Shown piece after piece: positions 1 to 9,174 of a stretch of 64,000 nt of DNA. Position numbers and translations under genes: made by a program. The DNA is taken from the NCBI GenBank assembly GCA_963758495.1, contig CAVWVI010000003.1:1024001-1088000 (forward strand), read 5' to 3'. This DNA is from Oligoflexia bacterium (lineage in GTDB: Bacteria; Bdellovibrionota; UBA1018). Positions within the stretch are counted from its first letter, which is position 1, and each line of letters starts with the position of its first letter. A model generated the notes under the pieces. It was not told the DNA's origin, ran no database searches, and was given only the letters and a program-made list of their open reading frames with translations.

Positions 1-614
1 GCATCATAAATCACAGAAACACCATATTGCTTCATACATTGAAATGAAATCATATCGACAACAAGAGTATTATAACCAAAAGACGTGCCCCGCTCAGTCA
101 AACAAAACCAATCTGACTTCGGTTTGGTTTTCATGCCTTTTTTTGTCTGCTTTTCCTCAACAGCACGAACTTTCTCGACAATATTTTTTGCATCCCAAGG
201 GGCGAGGAACTGGCCTTTTTTTACGTTGAGTTTACGACCATGCTCTAAAGCAGCTTCTGCTCCGGCAATGATCATATCTGTTTGTCGACACAGAAATGCA
301 GGGACTTGCAAAAAATCTACGATTTCTGCAACAGGCTTGGCTTGATCCGGACTGTGAAAATCCGTTAAGAGTGGCAAATCTGTTTTTTCCCGAACACGAT
401 CTAAAATTTTGAGCCCATTCACCAAACCGGGTCCACGAAAGCCATCAATTGAAGTCCGGTTGGCCTTATCGAAGGAAGCTTTGAAATAAAGCTCCACAGG
501 AAGTTCGTGTAGTTGACGTTTCAATTCTTGAGCAACTTCCATCATGAGGCCCTCATCCTCAATCACACAAGGGCCTGCAATCAAAGTCATGGGTGTTGCT
601 TGAATTTGCTTCAT
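1..614 (-). CDS. kdsA: KDO8P synthase (2-dehydro-3-deoxyphosphooctonate aldolase), runs off the left edge
   Basis: Manual translation from ATG at 614: MKQIQATPMTLIAGPCVIE...FKASFDKANRTS...QVPAFLCRQTD...NVKKGQFLAPW...TERGTSFGY. Starts 3 bp after the pyrG stop. Not in the ORF track. Confidence 0.96.
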   Translation of the reverse strand, partial: MKQIQATPMTLIAGPCVIEDEGLMMEVAQELKRQLHELPVELYFKASFDKANRTSIDGFRGPGLVNGLKILDRVREKTDLPLLTDFHSPDQAKPVAEIVDFLQVPAFLCRQTDMIIAGAEAALEHGRKLNVKKGQFLAPWDAKNIVEKVRAVEEKQTKKGMKTKPKSDWFCLTERGTSFGYNTLVVDMISFQCMKQYGVSVIYD

Positions 615-617
615 CGA

Positions 618-2255
618 CTAATTTCCTTTGAATTTCTTTGCAGCTTGAATAAATGAAACAAAAAGAGGATGGGGCTGCAACGGTTTACTCAAAAACTCTG
701 GATGAAATTGGCATCCCAAGAACCAAGGGTGTTCCGGTAATTCTATCATCTCCACCAATTCCGCACGTGTTTCAGAATCAATATTCTTACCCGAAACGAT
801 GAGTCCTGCCTCTTCTAGACGAGGTCGATATTGATTCGATACTTCAAAGCGATGTCGATGACGTTCTGAAATGACTTCTTTACCATAAGCCATAAACGCT
901 CGTGTCGGTGCTCCTGAAATCTTTGGAGTGACCTGGCAAACATAGGCACCTAACCGCATTGTACCCCCTTTGTTGGTCAGAGACTTTTGAGACTCCATCA
1001 GATCAATCACATTTTCTTTGCCATCCGGCTTGAACTCAGCAGAATTAGCTTCTGTCATTTTACACTGAGAACGCGCAAAAGCGATGACCGCCAATTGCAT
1101 CCCTAAACAAATCCCGAAATAAGGAACGTTTTGAGTACGTGCAAATTCGATTGCTTGGATTTTACCTTCCACTCCTCGTTCACCGAATCCGCCTGGAACA
1201 AGAATTCCATCTACCGACTTCAGAAGGTCTTGATTTTTTCCTTTTTCAATTTCTTCAGCATCAATGTAAAGCATATTCACACGGACATGGTTTGCAACTC
1301 CACCGTGAATCAGCGCCTCAGAAAGAGATTTATAAGTGTCTCGCCAGTCAGTGTATTTTCCAACGATCCCAATACGGACCTCACCTTTGGGGTCACGAAG
1401 TTTTGAAATCATAGTCTCCCACTTGGAGAGATCGGGTCTTCCACACCAAATGCCTAGCTTTTCAGCAATTTTTTCATCTAATCCTTCTTCATGAAAATAA
1501 AGAGGGACTTCATAAATACTAGCTACATCAATAGCACTAAAAACTTGATCTCCAGGAACATTACAAAAAAGCCCAATTTTATCTTTTACGTCTTTAGGCA
1601 ACTTACGATCAGAACGACAGAGAAGAATATCGGGTTGAATTCCGATCTCTCGAAGTTCTTTTACGCTATGTTGCGTAGGTTTAGTTTTTAACTCGCCTGC
1701 AGTAGCAATGTAAGGAACTAAAGTGAGGTGCACGAATAAAACATTCGCCGCTCCTTCTTCCACTTTCATCTGCCGAATCGCTTCGAGAAACGGTAAACTT
1801 TCTATATCACCTACAGTTCCGCCCACTTCAACAATAGCCAGATCTGCATCTATTGAAGCATCTTGAATATGGCGTCTAATTTCGTCCGTAATATGAGGGA
1901 TAACCTGAACTGTTTTACCTAAATAGCCTCCGGCTCGCTCGCGACGAATGACTGCGTCATAGATACGGCCGGTAGTAAAACTATTTTTGCGAGAAAATTG
2001 GGCTTTTTGAACAAATCGAGAATAATGACCCAAATCTAAATCTGTCTCGGCACCATCATTCAAGACAAAAACTTCTCCGTGCTGAAAAGGACTCATAGTA
2101 CCGGGATCGACATTTAAATAAGGATCCATCTTAATCATGGTGACCTTAATCCCACGCTGTTCCATGAGCATTCCGATGGAAGCTGCGCTGATCCCTTTAC
2201 CAATGCTCGAAAGCACGCCGCCGGTTACAAATATATACTTTCTCTGTTTTGCCAT
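618..2255 (-). CDS. pyrG: CTP synthase
   Basis: [35 protein letters not shown], glutaminase motifs GICLGMQ and QFHPEF. Confidence 0.99.
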   Translation of the reverse strand: MAKQRKYIFVTGGVLSSIGKGISAASIGMLMEQRGIKVTMIKMDPYLNVDPGTMSPFQHGEVFVLNDGAETDLDLGHYSRFVQKAQFSRKNSFTTGRIYDAVIRRERAGGYLGKTVQVIPHITDEIRRHIQDASIDADLAIVEVGGTVGDIESLPFLEAIRQMKVEEGAANVLFVHLTLVPYIATAGELKTKPTQHSVKELREIGIQPDILLCRSDRKLPKDVKDKIGLFCNVPGDQVFSAIDVASIYEVPLYFHEEGLDEKIAEKLGIWCGRPDLSKWETMISKLRDPKGEVRIGIVGKYTDWRDTYKSLSEALIHGGVANHVRVNMLYIDAEEIEKGKNQDLLKSVDGILVPGGFGERGVEGKIQAIEFARTQNVPYFGICLGMQLAVIAFARSQCKMTEANSAEFKPDGKENVIDLMESQKSLTNKGGTMRLGAYVCQVTPKISGAPTRAFMAYGKEVISERHRHRFEVSNQYRPRLEEAGLIVSGKNIDSETRAELVEMIELPEHPWFLGCQFHPEFLSKPLQPHPLFVSFIQAAKKFKGN

Positions 2256-2381
2256 TTAAATTAAACCTTATCTGGAGAGTGTTTTTAGATTCATACTAAA
2301 AATCCAGGTACTTTTACAAGCTCCTCGCGCATGCCGACTCAAATTAAGCCCAATAGTTGACTACTTTTATACTTATTTATC

Positions 2382-3173
2382 TTAACGTGAAACCGTAAAT
2401 AAATATTCTGCAATGATTCGAAAATCTTCTTCATTTACAGGGGACAGAAGAATCCTTTCATATTCAGGGTTTAACGGCTTTAAAATAACTTGCGTATGTT
2501 GCCAGGAACCATCGGGAGCAATACTCTTTGATGAATGGTATTGCTTGACTGTGTAACTACCACCCGTTTCAGGATCCGCTGGACCTCGATATTGCACCAA
2601 TAAAATTTTACCTTGCCGCGTACCGCTCGGATGAGCTCGAAATACCAAAAAGTCGCCATTTCGAATTTTTGGCAACATAGAGTCTCCTACCGCACGGGCA
2701 ACGAACATTTTATCATCCAGGTTACCCGTAATTCTTTTTATTTCTACCCATCCCTCGGGATGAACGGCTTCTCCCATGCCAAAATAACCTGCGGCCGCCT
2801 TTAAAGAATACAGGGGAAGGAGCGTTTGAAAGGCTTCCTTTTTCACTCTTAAATGATCTAATTCAAGAAGTGTGGGCGAAACTCGGGGTTTTGACCCCTC
2901 ATGTTCCACTACGGGTAATTGAAAATCTAAAAGGAATTTTGGATGAATGTCCAATGCGTTTCCATATCGATAAAGTGCGGAAACTGTCACAGCTCCAGAG
3001 CCTCTTTCTAATCGATGAATCACGCTTGTGCTTAAACCATCGCTTTCCTTTGACAATCGGTCAATTGAATACCCCTTCTGAATGCGAAGCTTTTGGCAAT
3101 ACTGACCCAATGCTTTTAGAAATGGAAAATCTTTAAGCCGTCTCGCCTTTTTGGGTCTTTTTCCATTTAACAT
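2382..3173 (-). CDS. XRE-family HTH plus S24 peptidase (LexA/CI-like repressor)
   Basis: N-terminal HTH (LRIQKGYSIDRLS...IHRLERG); C-terminal GDSM catalytic Ser and TVK Lys. Confidence 0.88.
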   Translation of the reverse strand: MLNGKRPKKARRLKDFPFLKALGQYCQKLRIQKGYSIDRLSKESDGLSTSVIHRLERGSGAVTVSALYRYGNALDIHPKFLLDFQLPVVEHEGSKPRVSPTLLELDHLRVKKEAFQTLLPLYSLKAAAGYFGMGEAVHPEGWVEIKRITGNLDDKMFVARAVGDSMLPKIRNGDFLVFRAHPSGTRQGKILLVQYRGPADPETGGSYTVKQYHSSKSIAPDGSWQHTQVILKPLNPEYERILLSPVNEEDFRIIAEYLFTVSR

Positions 3174-3214
3174 ATTGAAAGATTAGACTTTTTAGCTGAA
3201 TCTTTCTTTCTGTT

Positions 3215-3260
3215 TGAAGAACAAATGTTATTCTGTATAAAGAATACCACTTGTTCTTCA
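3215..3260. promoter_or_regulatory. 46-bp imperfect inverted repeat between divergent genes, probable operator
   Basis: TGAAGAACAA-atg-tTATTCT-gtataa-AGAATAc-cac-TTGTTCTTCA. Confidence 0.6.
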
Positions 3261-3299
3261 TTTAGAAATAAAAAAAGAAATAATAATCAGGAGCTAAAA

Positions 3300-3722
3300 G
3301 TGAATCATCTCAATAAGATACACGGTCATCGATTACGCTATTCGAAGAAAGCAAAAACCGTCCTCGTTGTAGACGACTTTATAGAACTACTCAAAATCAC
3401 TGAAATTAATCTAAACTCCCATGGATACATCGTCATTACAGCTAAAAATGGACTCGATGCCTTGAATCTACTTCAAGCTATGCCAGAACTGCCATTTGCG
3501 CTGATCACAGATTGGAATATGCCTCTACTGAACGGGGAACAACTCATTCGCGGTCTTGTCTCAGCACAAATCCATGTCAATCATGTCATTATTTCGTCCT
3601 CAATGCTGATAGAGGAGCCCCAGATACAGGAATTAAAAAGCCTTCGTCATGGTTTACGAATTCAACACATCCAAAAGCCTTATGCCGCTGATCGTTTAAT
3701 CCAACTCTTAGAGATTCCTTAA
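3300..3722 (+). CDS. Single-domain response regulator (receiver)
   Basis: VLVVDD, phospho-acceptor DWNMP, QKPY. GTG at 3300 follows AGGAG; the ORF-track start at 3225 is probably too early. Confidence 0.85.
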   Translation: MNHLNKIHGHRLRYSKKAKTVLVVDDFIELLKITEINLNSHGYIVITAKNGLDALNLLQAMPELPFALITDWNMPLLNGEQLIRGLVSAQIHVNHVIISSSMLIEEPQIQELKSLRHGLRIQHIQKPYAADRLIQLLEIP

Positions 3723-4831
3723 GCCAATACTTCTACTTCCGGTTTCCAAGATCCTTGCCATTGCTTCAGTCGAACTTTAGGGCGCCCCTGAGAAGGATTC
3801 TCAATAGGATATTCGATAAAAGCATAAGTAAGTCGGACTTGCTTCCCATAATCATCCAACTCTAAATTAGTCATTTCATTCCAAGTCCCCTCATTAAAGT
3901 ATTCTTTTCCTTCTCGCCACTGCCGATACCTGAGAATGTGGGTGTGACCAAAGATCACTGTATGCACATCATCGTTGGTTTCCAGGACTTTAAAAGCAAT
4001 TTTATCATAATTAGGGTAAAGTGAAATTTCCTTTAGCAAGCCCAATGTCGCCCGAACACCTTGGTAAATTTGATATTTTCTTCGGAATAAAATAGTATCA
4101 AAAACAAATTTCGCAATTTCCAACCCTGTCTTTAATCCCCAAAACAAATCATGAATCATGACCCATCTAAAAAACGTAGAGGGGGGACGGACTTTATCCA
4201 CGTGAGGTCGACTCTGTTTTATTTTTGGCAAAAGCACTGCCACAAAAAGTGAACCCCAAGGCAAATTAAGAACGGGCTCAGGGAGCCCTCTCGTGATAAA
4301 TGGACGTTCCATATCTGTTTTTGCAAAACGTTCATATTGCTGACCATGCTCTACATAAATACCATCAAATTGATAACGAACGTCGTGAAAGGTCACAGGA
4401 CCACCTACCGCCTCAGAGAATATTTTTTTTGGCCCTGGCCAAAGCATTCCCACATCGTGATTCCCAACCACGTAAGAAATAGTATGGCCGGGCGTTGCAG
4501 CGAAGCGCTTCAAAGCCTGAAAAAATTCTGGATGACCTGCTACAATTTTTTGAACCGCTCGGACCACGCTTCGTTCAGTGATCATATGGGTATGAACTCC
4601 CCACGTATCTATCTGAAGAAGATTTAAAATATCTCCATTCAAGATCAACTCTACTTCTGCAGTTGCAAAATTTCCTGAGCGGTAATAAGTTACAAATTCA
4701 GCAAACTCTCGGTCATAAATAAAGTCTTCAAGGATATTTTGAGTGCCATCTAAAAAATATCGACCCTTACCTAAATGAAAATCACTGACTACCAGTTTAT
4801 AACGGGTAGGAAATAAGCTATCACCTTCCAC
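3719..4831 (-). CDS. Calcineurin-like metallophosphoesterase
   Basis: Motifs SDFHLG, NGDILN, GNHD, EHG, GHTH. Start overlaps the upstream GGDEF stop by 11 bp. Confidence 0.9.
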   Translation of the reverse strand: MEGDSLFPTRYKLVVSDFHLGKGRYFLDGTQNILEDFIYDREFAEFVTYYRSGNFATAEVELILNGDILNLLQIDTWGVHTHMITERSVVRAVQKIVAGHPEFFQALKRFAATPGHTISYVVGNHDVGMLWPGPKKIFSEAVGGPVTFHDVRYQFDGIYVEHGQQYERFAKTDMERPFITRGLPEPVLNLPWGSLFVAVLLPKIKQSRPHVDKVRPPSTFFRWVMIHDLFWGLKTGLEIAKFVFDTILFRRKYQIYQGVRATLGLLKEISLYPNYDKIAFKVLETNDDVHTVIFGHTHILRYRQWREGKEYFNEGTWNEMTNLELDDYGKQVRLTYAFIEYPIENPSQGRPKVRLKQWQGSWKPEVEVLA

Positions 4832-6260
4832 TCGAAACCCCCTTTGTGAGAGGTTCAGCAGTATTCATTTGGGCAATGGATACACTATTTCTAATAGTTT
4901 TTTTTGCACTCATCATCGCCTGATCTGCTACCTCAATGATTTCCATCTTTGTTTTAGCATGAGCAGGAAATAATGCGACGCCAATGGAGATCGTAAAATG
5001 GGTAACTAGTCCTTCCTTTTTTAGAAAAGATTTTCTTTCTACAGATGCGCGAATTCGTTCGGCGATGGCTTTTGCCATCACGAGGTCACAGGGAGATAAG
5101 ATTGCAACAAATTCATCACCTCCATATCTAAATAGAGTATCTCTTTCTCGCACATATTTTTTCAAATGATTTCCAAGCTCATTCAGTAGTTTTGTTCCCG
5201 CCAGATGACCATATTGATCATTGACTAATTTAAATCGATCGGCATCTATAAAAAGCACGGCGAATGACTTCTGTGTTAACTGCGCTTGAGAGATTTCTCG
5301 ATCTAAAATAAAATTTAAATAACGAGTATTATAAAGTCCTGTCGCATCATCCACATAGACTAACTGCTGTACTCCAATATATTTCTGAATATTTTTGCTG
5401 GTCACTTCAATTTGTGCTTTTAATAATAGCAAGCAGCTTTCAAATGCGTCCATGGATTGAGGACGCTCAGGGGACAAGCATGCACAAAAATAATCCACTT
5501 TGTCTGCACATCGAAAACGGAAAAGAAAAAAAGCTGGGGAATGTTCGTTCCGTTCTACAAAACGATAAATTTGTTCCGAATTTGACATCTTCATTAAAGG
5601 ATTGGCCGAACGTAGAGCCATGTCCAAAACTTCCTCCAAAGTGCGATCGTAATGCTCGGCTGTTTCTATTCCTTCTACACGAACCGGATCAATTCCACGT
5701 TCAGTTCCCTGTAATGAATAAATGGAAGCATAACCAGCATTAAGTTCACGTAGCAGATAGCTTTGAACTGTTTCAAAAATTTTTCTTTCTTCTAATGCTG
5801 CTGAAATTAACTGACAGCTATTTAATAAATTAATAAATTTGGAGGCACTCCTATTTTCTCCAAAAACCATTTTTTTATCTAAACCTCGTTTTACGGCCAA
5901 CTGAAATGCATCTATATTAAATGGCTTGCTTAAAAAATCTTCTGCCCCCAAACGAATTGCGGCAACCGCCTGTTCTACGGTCGCTTGAGAAGAGACTAGA
6001 ATCACGCTTGTTTCAGGCTTCATCCTTTTGATGTGTTCAAGAAGAGTTAATCCTGAGGCACATTCAACAACCAAAATGAGATGGTAACTAGACCGATCAA
6101 TCCACTCAAGGAAATCACTCCCCCGACTGATGATATCAATTTTGCATTGAGCTACTTCGTGAATCAATTTGGTATAGAATTCGAACTCCTGAGGGATTTC
6201 TTCAATCAGAAGAATTTTATAAACAATGGAGTCCTGGTTTCTCTTATTTAGGATTTCCAT
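4821..6260 (-). CDS. REC-(GAF-like)-GGDEF dinucleotide cyclase with Hypr signature (putative 3',3'-cGAMP synthase)
   Basis: N-terminal receiver-like domain; DDATGLYNTRY, DADRFKLVNDQYGHLAGT, I-site RERD, RYGGDEF. Confidence 0.9.
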   Translation of the reverse strand: MEILNKRNQDSIVYKILLIEEIPQEFEFYTKLIHEVAQCKIDIISRGSDFLEWIDRSSYHLILVVECASGLTLLEHIKRMKPETSVILVSSQATVEQAVAAIRLGAEDFLSKPFNIDAFQLAVKRGLDKKMVFGENRSASKFINLLNSCQLISAALEERKIFETVQSYLLRELNAGYASIYSLQGTERGIDPVRVEGIETAEHYDRTLEEVLDMALRSANPLMKMSNSEQIYRFVERNEHSPAFFLFRFRCADKVDYFCACLSPERPQSMDAFESCLLLLKAQIEVTSKNIQKYIGVQQLVYVDDATGLYNTRYLNFILDREISQAQLTQKSFAVLFIDADRFKLVNDQYGHLAGTKLLNELGNHLKKYVRERDTLFRYGGDEFVAILSPCDLVMAKAIAERIRASVERKSFLKKEGLVTHFTISIGVALFPAHAKTKMEIIEVADQAMMSAKKTIRNSVSIAQMNTAEPLTKGVSSGR

Positions 6261-6270
6261 ACAAATAGCC

Positions 6271-7914
6271 CTATGAAGTCTTACGCCTTTGCCTGTCTAA
6301 AGCTTCAGACTCTGAAGGATCAACCGCCGTTTGGACTCGTTCTACACCTTCTTTTTTAGTATCAAGCAAGCCTCCAACAACTTTCACTACCTGTGCTGCT
6401 TTTGAGAAACGATCTCGTAACATAGCTAAGTTTTCCTTTTCTCTGATATATTGGTCTTGAAGTAAATCCATATTAAATTCCAATAAATCGAGCTTTCGCT
6501 TTAGCTCAGTAATTTTATTCTCACGAGCACTAATCAATGCTTCAGAATCTTTTTTCATGATTTCCAATCGATTCTCTAACTCTTTTTCACGGACTCGAAT
6601 TTTTCTGATGTCTGAACGAATTCTTGCTTTCAACTGTTCCATTTCTTCCGCGGCTTCACGAAGTTGGTTTTCCAGCAAGCGTGCCTTGTCGGTTTTGGCT
6701 TTAACTTCAAATCGAAGTTCTATGATTTGACCTTCAAGTCCTTCCAATGCAACGCTTTTTTCTCTTTCAAATCCCTCTAGTTTTTGTTTTTGCTCATTTG
6801 CAATATGCGCCAACTCCGCATTTTTTGCTTTTTCTTCTCGAAGAAGTTGCTCAACCCGAGCATGCTCTCCTTGAGCCGCCTTAAATTGACTGGAGAGAAC
6901 GGCAACATCTTGTTCACGAAGATAAAGATATTTTTTTAAAGTCTCAAGATCGGGTGTCTGAGCAGCCCCCCCTGGCACTACGGCATCTCCCATCGGTTCA
7001 GCAAATACGAGAGAGGGATTCAAGGAAGAAGCAATAGAACTAGAATCCTTCTTAGAATCATTAAAAAGATAGGGCATTTCCTGCTCAACCTGCTTGTCGT
7101 CAGCTTCCACTTCAGAAGCTGGACTTGAAGTAAGTGGAATTGCCGGTGCTAATTCAATCTGAGACTCATCTAGGATCTGCTCTTGTATTTCAAGCACCGG
7201 TTCGACTGAATCCCCTAAACTGGATGCTAAAAGCGTAATTGGAAGATCTTGATTCGTATTCAACGTTAATACGGGAGCTTCTAACGAAGATAAACTGATA
7301 CCCGACGGCATTTCAGCAAAAGACTCTTCAGTCACCAAATGATCTAAACGAATACTCGGATCAGCAATAGAATCACGCGATTCCATTGCTGCATGGACAG
7401 GCGTTGCATCTTCTAAAACCATTTCTATTGATTCTTCATTAGGAGGAGGAGGACTTGATCTTTCCGAGCTTGTAACTGTCTCCAAAGGGACTAATTCGTG
7501 ATCCGGCAGCTTGTCAAAAGATTGACCTAATACTGCTTCAATCAAATCAAAAATTTGCTTCTCAGAAAATGGAGACTGCAAATAAGCGTTCACCCCCAGA
7601 GGACTCTCTTGGTGTTGAGCACACTCTGCCACAGACCACTGATCGGTAGTAAGAATCAGAGGAAGGTCACACTGACTCGGATCAGACTTAATCCTTTCGA
7701 TCAATTTCAGTCCTGGTAAATCGTCTAGGTTTTGAGAATCAGTCCTGCCTTCGCGATGAATGACACCGAGTTCTACACTTTCCCCATGAAGTTGAAGCAT
7801 TTGCCAAGCTTCATCCCTATCCGAAGGGAGAAGAACTGCAATCCCTTTTTTTTGCAAATTCACAACAATTTGATGCTGTGCGTTTATTTGTGGATTCAAA
7901 AAGAGAATCTTCAT
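6271..7914 (-). CDS. Pseudo-receiver, acidic/Pro-rich linker and long coiled coil (AglZ/FrzS-like architecture)
   Basis: N-terminal REC-like fold (KILFLNP..., PLILTT, NAYLQSPF) without the canonical Asp residues; ~200-aa heptad-rich C-terminus. Likely start ATG 7914. Confidence 0.7.
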   Translation of the reverse strand: MKILFLNPQINAQHQIVVNLQKKGIAVLLPSDRDEAWQMLQLHGESVELGVIHREGRTDSQNLDDLPGLKLIERIKSDPSQCDLPLILTTDQWSVAECAQHQESPLGVNAYLQSPFSEKQIFDLIEAVLGQSFDKLPDHELVPLETVTSSERSSPPPPNEESIEMVLEDATPVHAAMESRDSIADPSIRLDHLVTEESFAEMPSGISLSSLEAPVLTLNTNQDLPITLLASSLGDSVEPVLEIQEQILDESQIELAPAIPLTSSPASEVEADDKQVEQEMPYLFNDSKKDSSSIASSLNPSLVFAEPMGDAVVPGGAAQTPDLETLKKYLYLREQDVAVLSSQFKAAQGEHARVEQLLREEKAKNAELAHIANEQKQKLEGFEREKSVALEGLEGQIIELRFEVKAKTDKARLLENQLREAAEEMEQLKARIRSDIRKIRVREKELENRLEIMKKDSEALISARENKITELKRKLDLLEFNMDLLQDQYIREKENLAMLRDRFSKAAQVVKVVGGLLDTKKEGVERVQTAVDPSESEALDRQRRKTS

Positions 7915-8013
7915 CAACTGACTTATCGGCACGCAAGAAAAAAGGATGACTGTCATTTTATGTCGAGAGATACCTGTATTTGACACTTCACATTCAAAAA
8001 GTTAACGTTTTCA

Positions 8014-8742
8014 TTGATGATACAAGACTCCACTGAGATTTCTAACCACGTCACTGTCCTCGTTTTTAAAGACAATTACGCGGCGCGCACCTTTAAAATT
8101 CCTCTCAAATGGATTTCAAAATTAGGCCTACTCGTAGGATTCTTAGTTAGCCTCACCGTTATCAGCGTATTTATGGCCTGCAAATATTATAAAATCGCCT
8201 CAATCGCAGACCCATCCAAAATTCAAGATTTGGAGCAGGAATTATTAGAGCTAAGAACATCCATAAAAAAACCAACTCCCGCTGCCTCTGCCAATAACTC
8301 CCTTTTCTTTTCTGGATTTCCAGCTCTATCCCCTGTACTCCCTGACCCCTCTACTCTCCCTTTTTCCATCATTTCACATACCATTACTTGGCGCGACAAG
8401 ATGCTTCAAGTTCAGTTCTCGCTCCAATACACAAAAGAAGACCAGGGCAACCAACAAGGAAAAATTTTGATACTCGCTCGTGGCCCGAATTATCTCCTTT
8501 CTTATCCTCCCGCTACCCTCAATCGCGCTGGCACTCCCCATCTCATCTCACTTGAAAATGCAGAGCCCTTTTCCGTCACTCGCGTGCGGCACGTAAAAGC
8601 AGTATTTGGCCCTATTGCCACACACAAGGATCTTCAAGAGATCGAAATTTTCATTTTTGATAATCTAGGGCAAATTTTAAAATATCAAAAGTTTGAAACG
8701 CCTTCTATGACTCCGCCCCCCGAAAAGGAAGATGCTGCATGA
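8014..8742 (+). CDS. Bitopic membrane protein (TM, short coiled coil, beta-rich domain) coupled to bactofilin
   Basis: TM segment LGLLVGFLVSLTVISVFMAC; ATGA overlap with the next gene. Confidence 0.7.
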   Translation: MMIQDSTEISNHVTVLVFKDNYAARTFKIPLKWISKLGLLVGFLVSLTVISVFMACKYYKIASIADPSKIQDLEQELLELRTSIKKPTPAASANNSLFFSGFPALSPVLPDPSTLPFSIISHTITWRDKMLQVQFSLQYTKEDQGNQQGKILILARGPNYLLSYPPATLNRAGTPHLISLENAEPFSVTRVRHVKAVFGPIATHKDLQEIEIFIFDNLGQILKYQKFETPSMTPPPEKEDAA

Positions 8743-9137
8743 ACCTCAAATCCCCCCAGGAAACGTCTATTAATATTGTGGCAGAGGGCACTCGGATCGA
8801 AGGAGTGATTACTTTCAATCAAGTTTCTCGGGTTCATGGCGTCTTGGTAGGGGAAGTTCGCGCCCAAGAGGGCAGTACTCTCATCCTGAGTGAAACTTCT
8901 GTCGTCGAAGGTAATATCCTAGCAGATACATTGATGATCGATGGTTACGTGAAGGGAGATGTGGTTGCGAAAAAAAGAGTCGTTCTCTCACGAACGAGTC
9001 GTGTGATTGGAACCATTAAAACTCCTTCACTCACATTAGAGTTTGGAGCTTATTTTGAAGGACGTTGTGCGATGGAAGAAAAACAAAACCATCCCTCGCG
9101 AAAAATAAGTGTTGAACAGGGCTCTGTGACAGCGTAA
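8739..9137 (+). CDS. Bactofilin (polymer-forming cytoskeletal protein)
   Basis: Beta-helix repeats IVAEGTRIEGVI..RVHGVLVGEV..VVEGNI..IDGYVKGDV..GAYFEGRC. Confidence 0.93.
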   Translation: MNLKSPQETSINIVAEGTRIEGVITFNQVSRVHGVLVGEVRAQEGSTLILSETSVVEGNILADTLMIDGYVKGDVVAKKRVVLSRTSRVIGTIKTPSLTLEFGAYFEGRCAMEEKQNHPSRKISVEQGSVTA

Positions 9138-9174
9138 AGATCAGCCCTCCGCTGCCACAGGACCCTCTGCAAAG
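9118..9174 (-). repeat. Dispersed ~45-bp hairpin element, copy 1, at the ald/bactofilin convergence
   Basis: Shares agcgtaaagatc-N-ccgctgccacag with 43570-43614; inverted arms agggctctgtgacagcg / cgctgccacaggaccct. Confidence 0.7.

Noticed and set aside
2382..3173. Prophage repressor marking a prophage
   Set aside because: No integrase, structural or replication phage genes; flanked by core genes.
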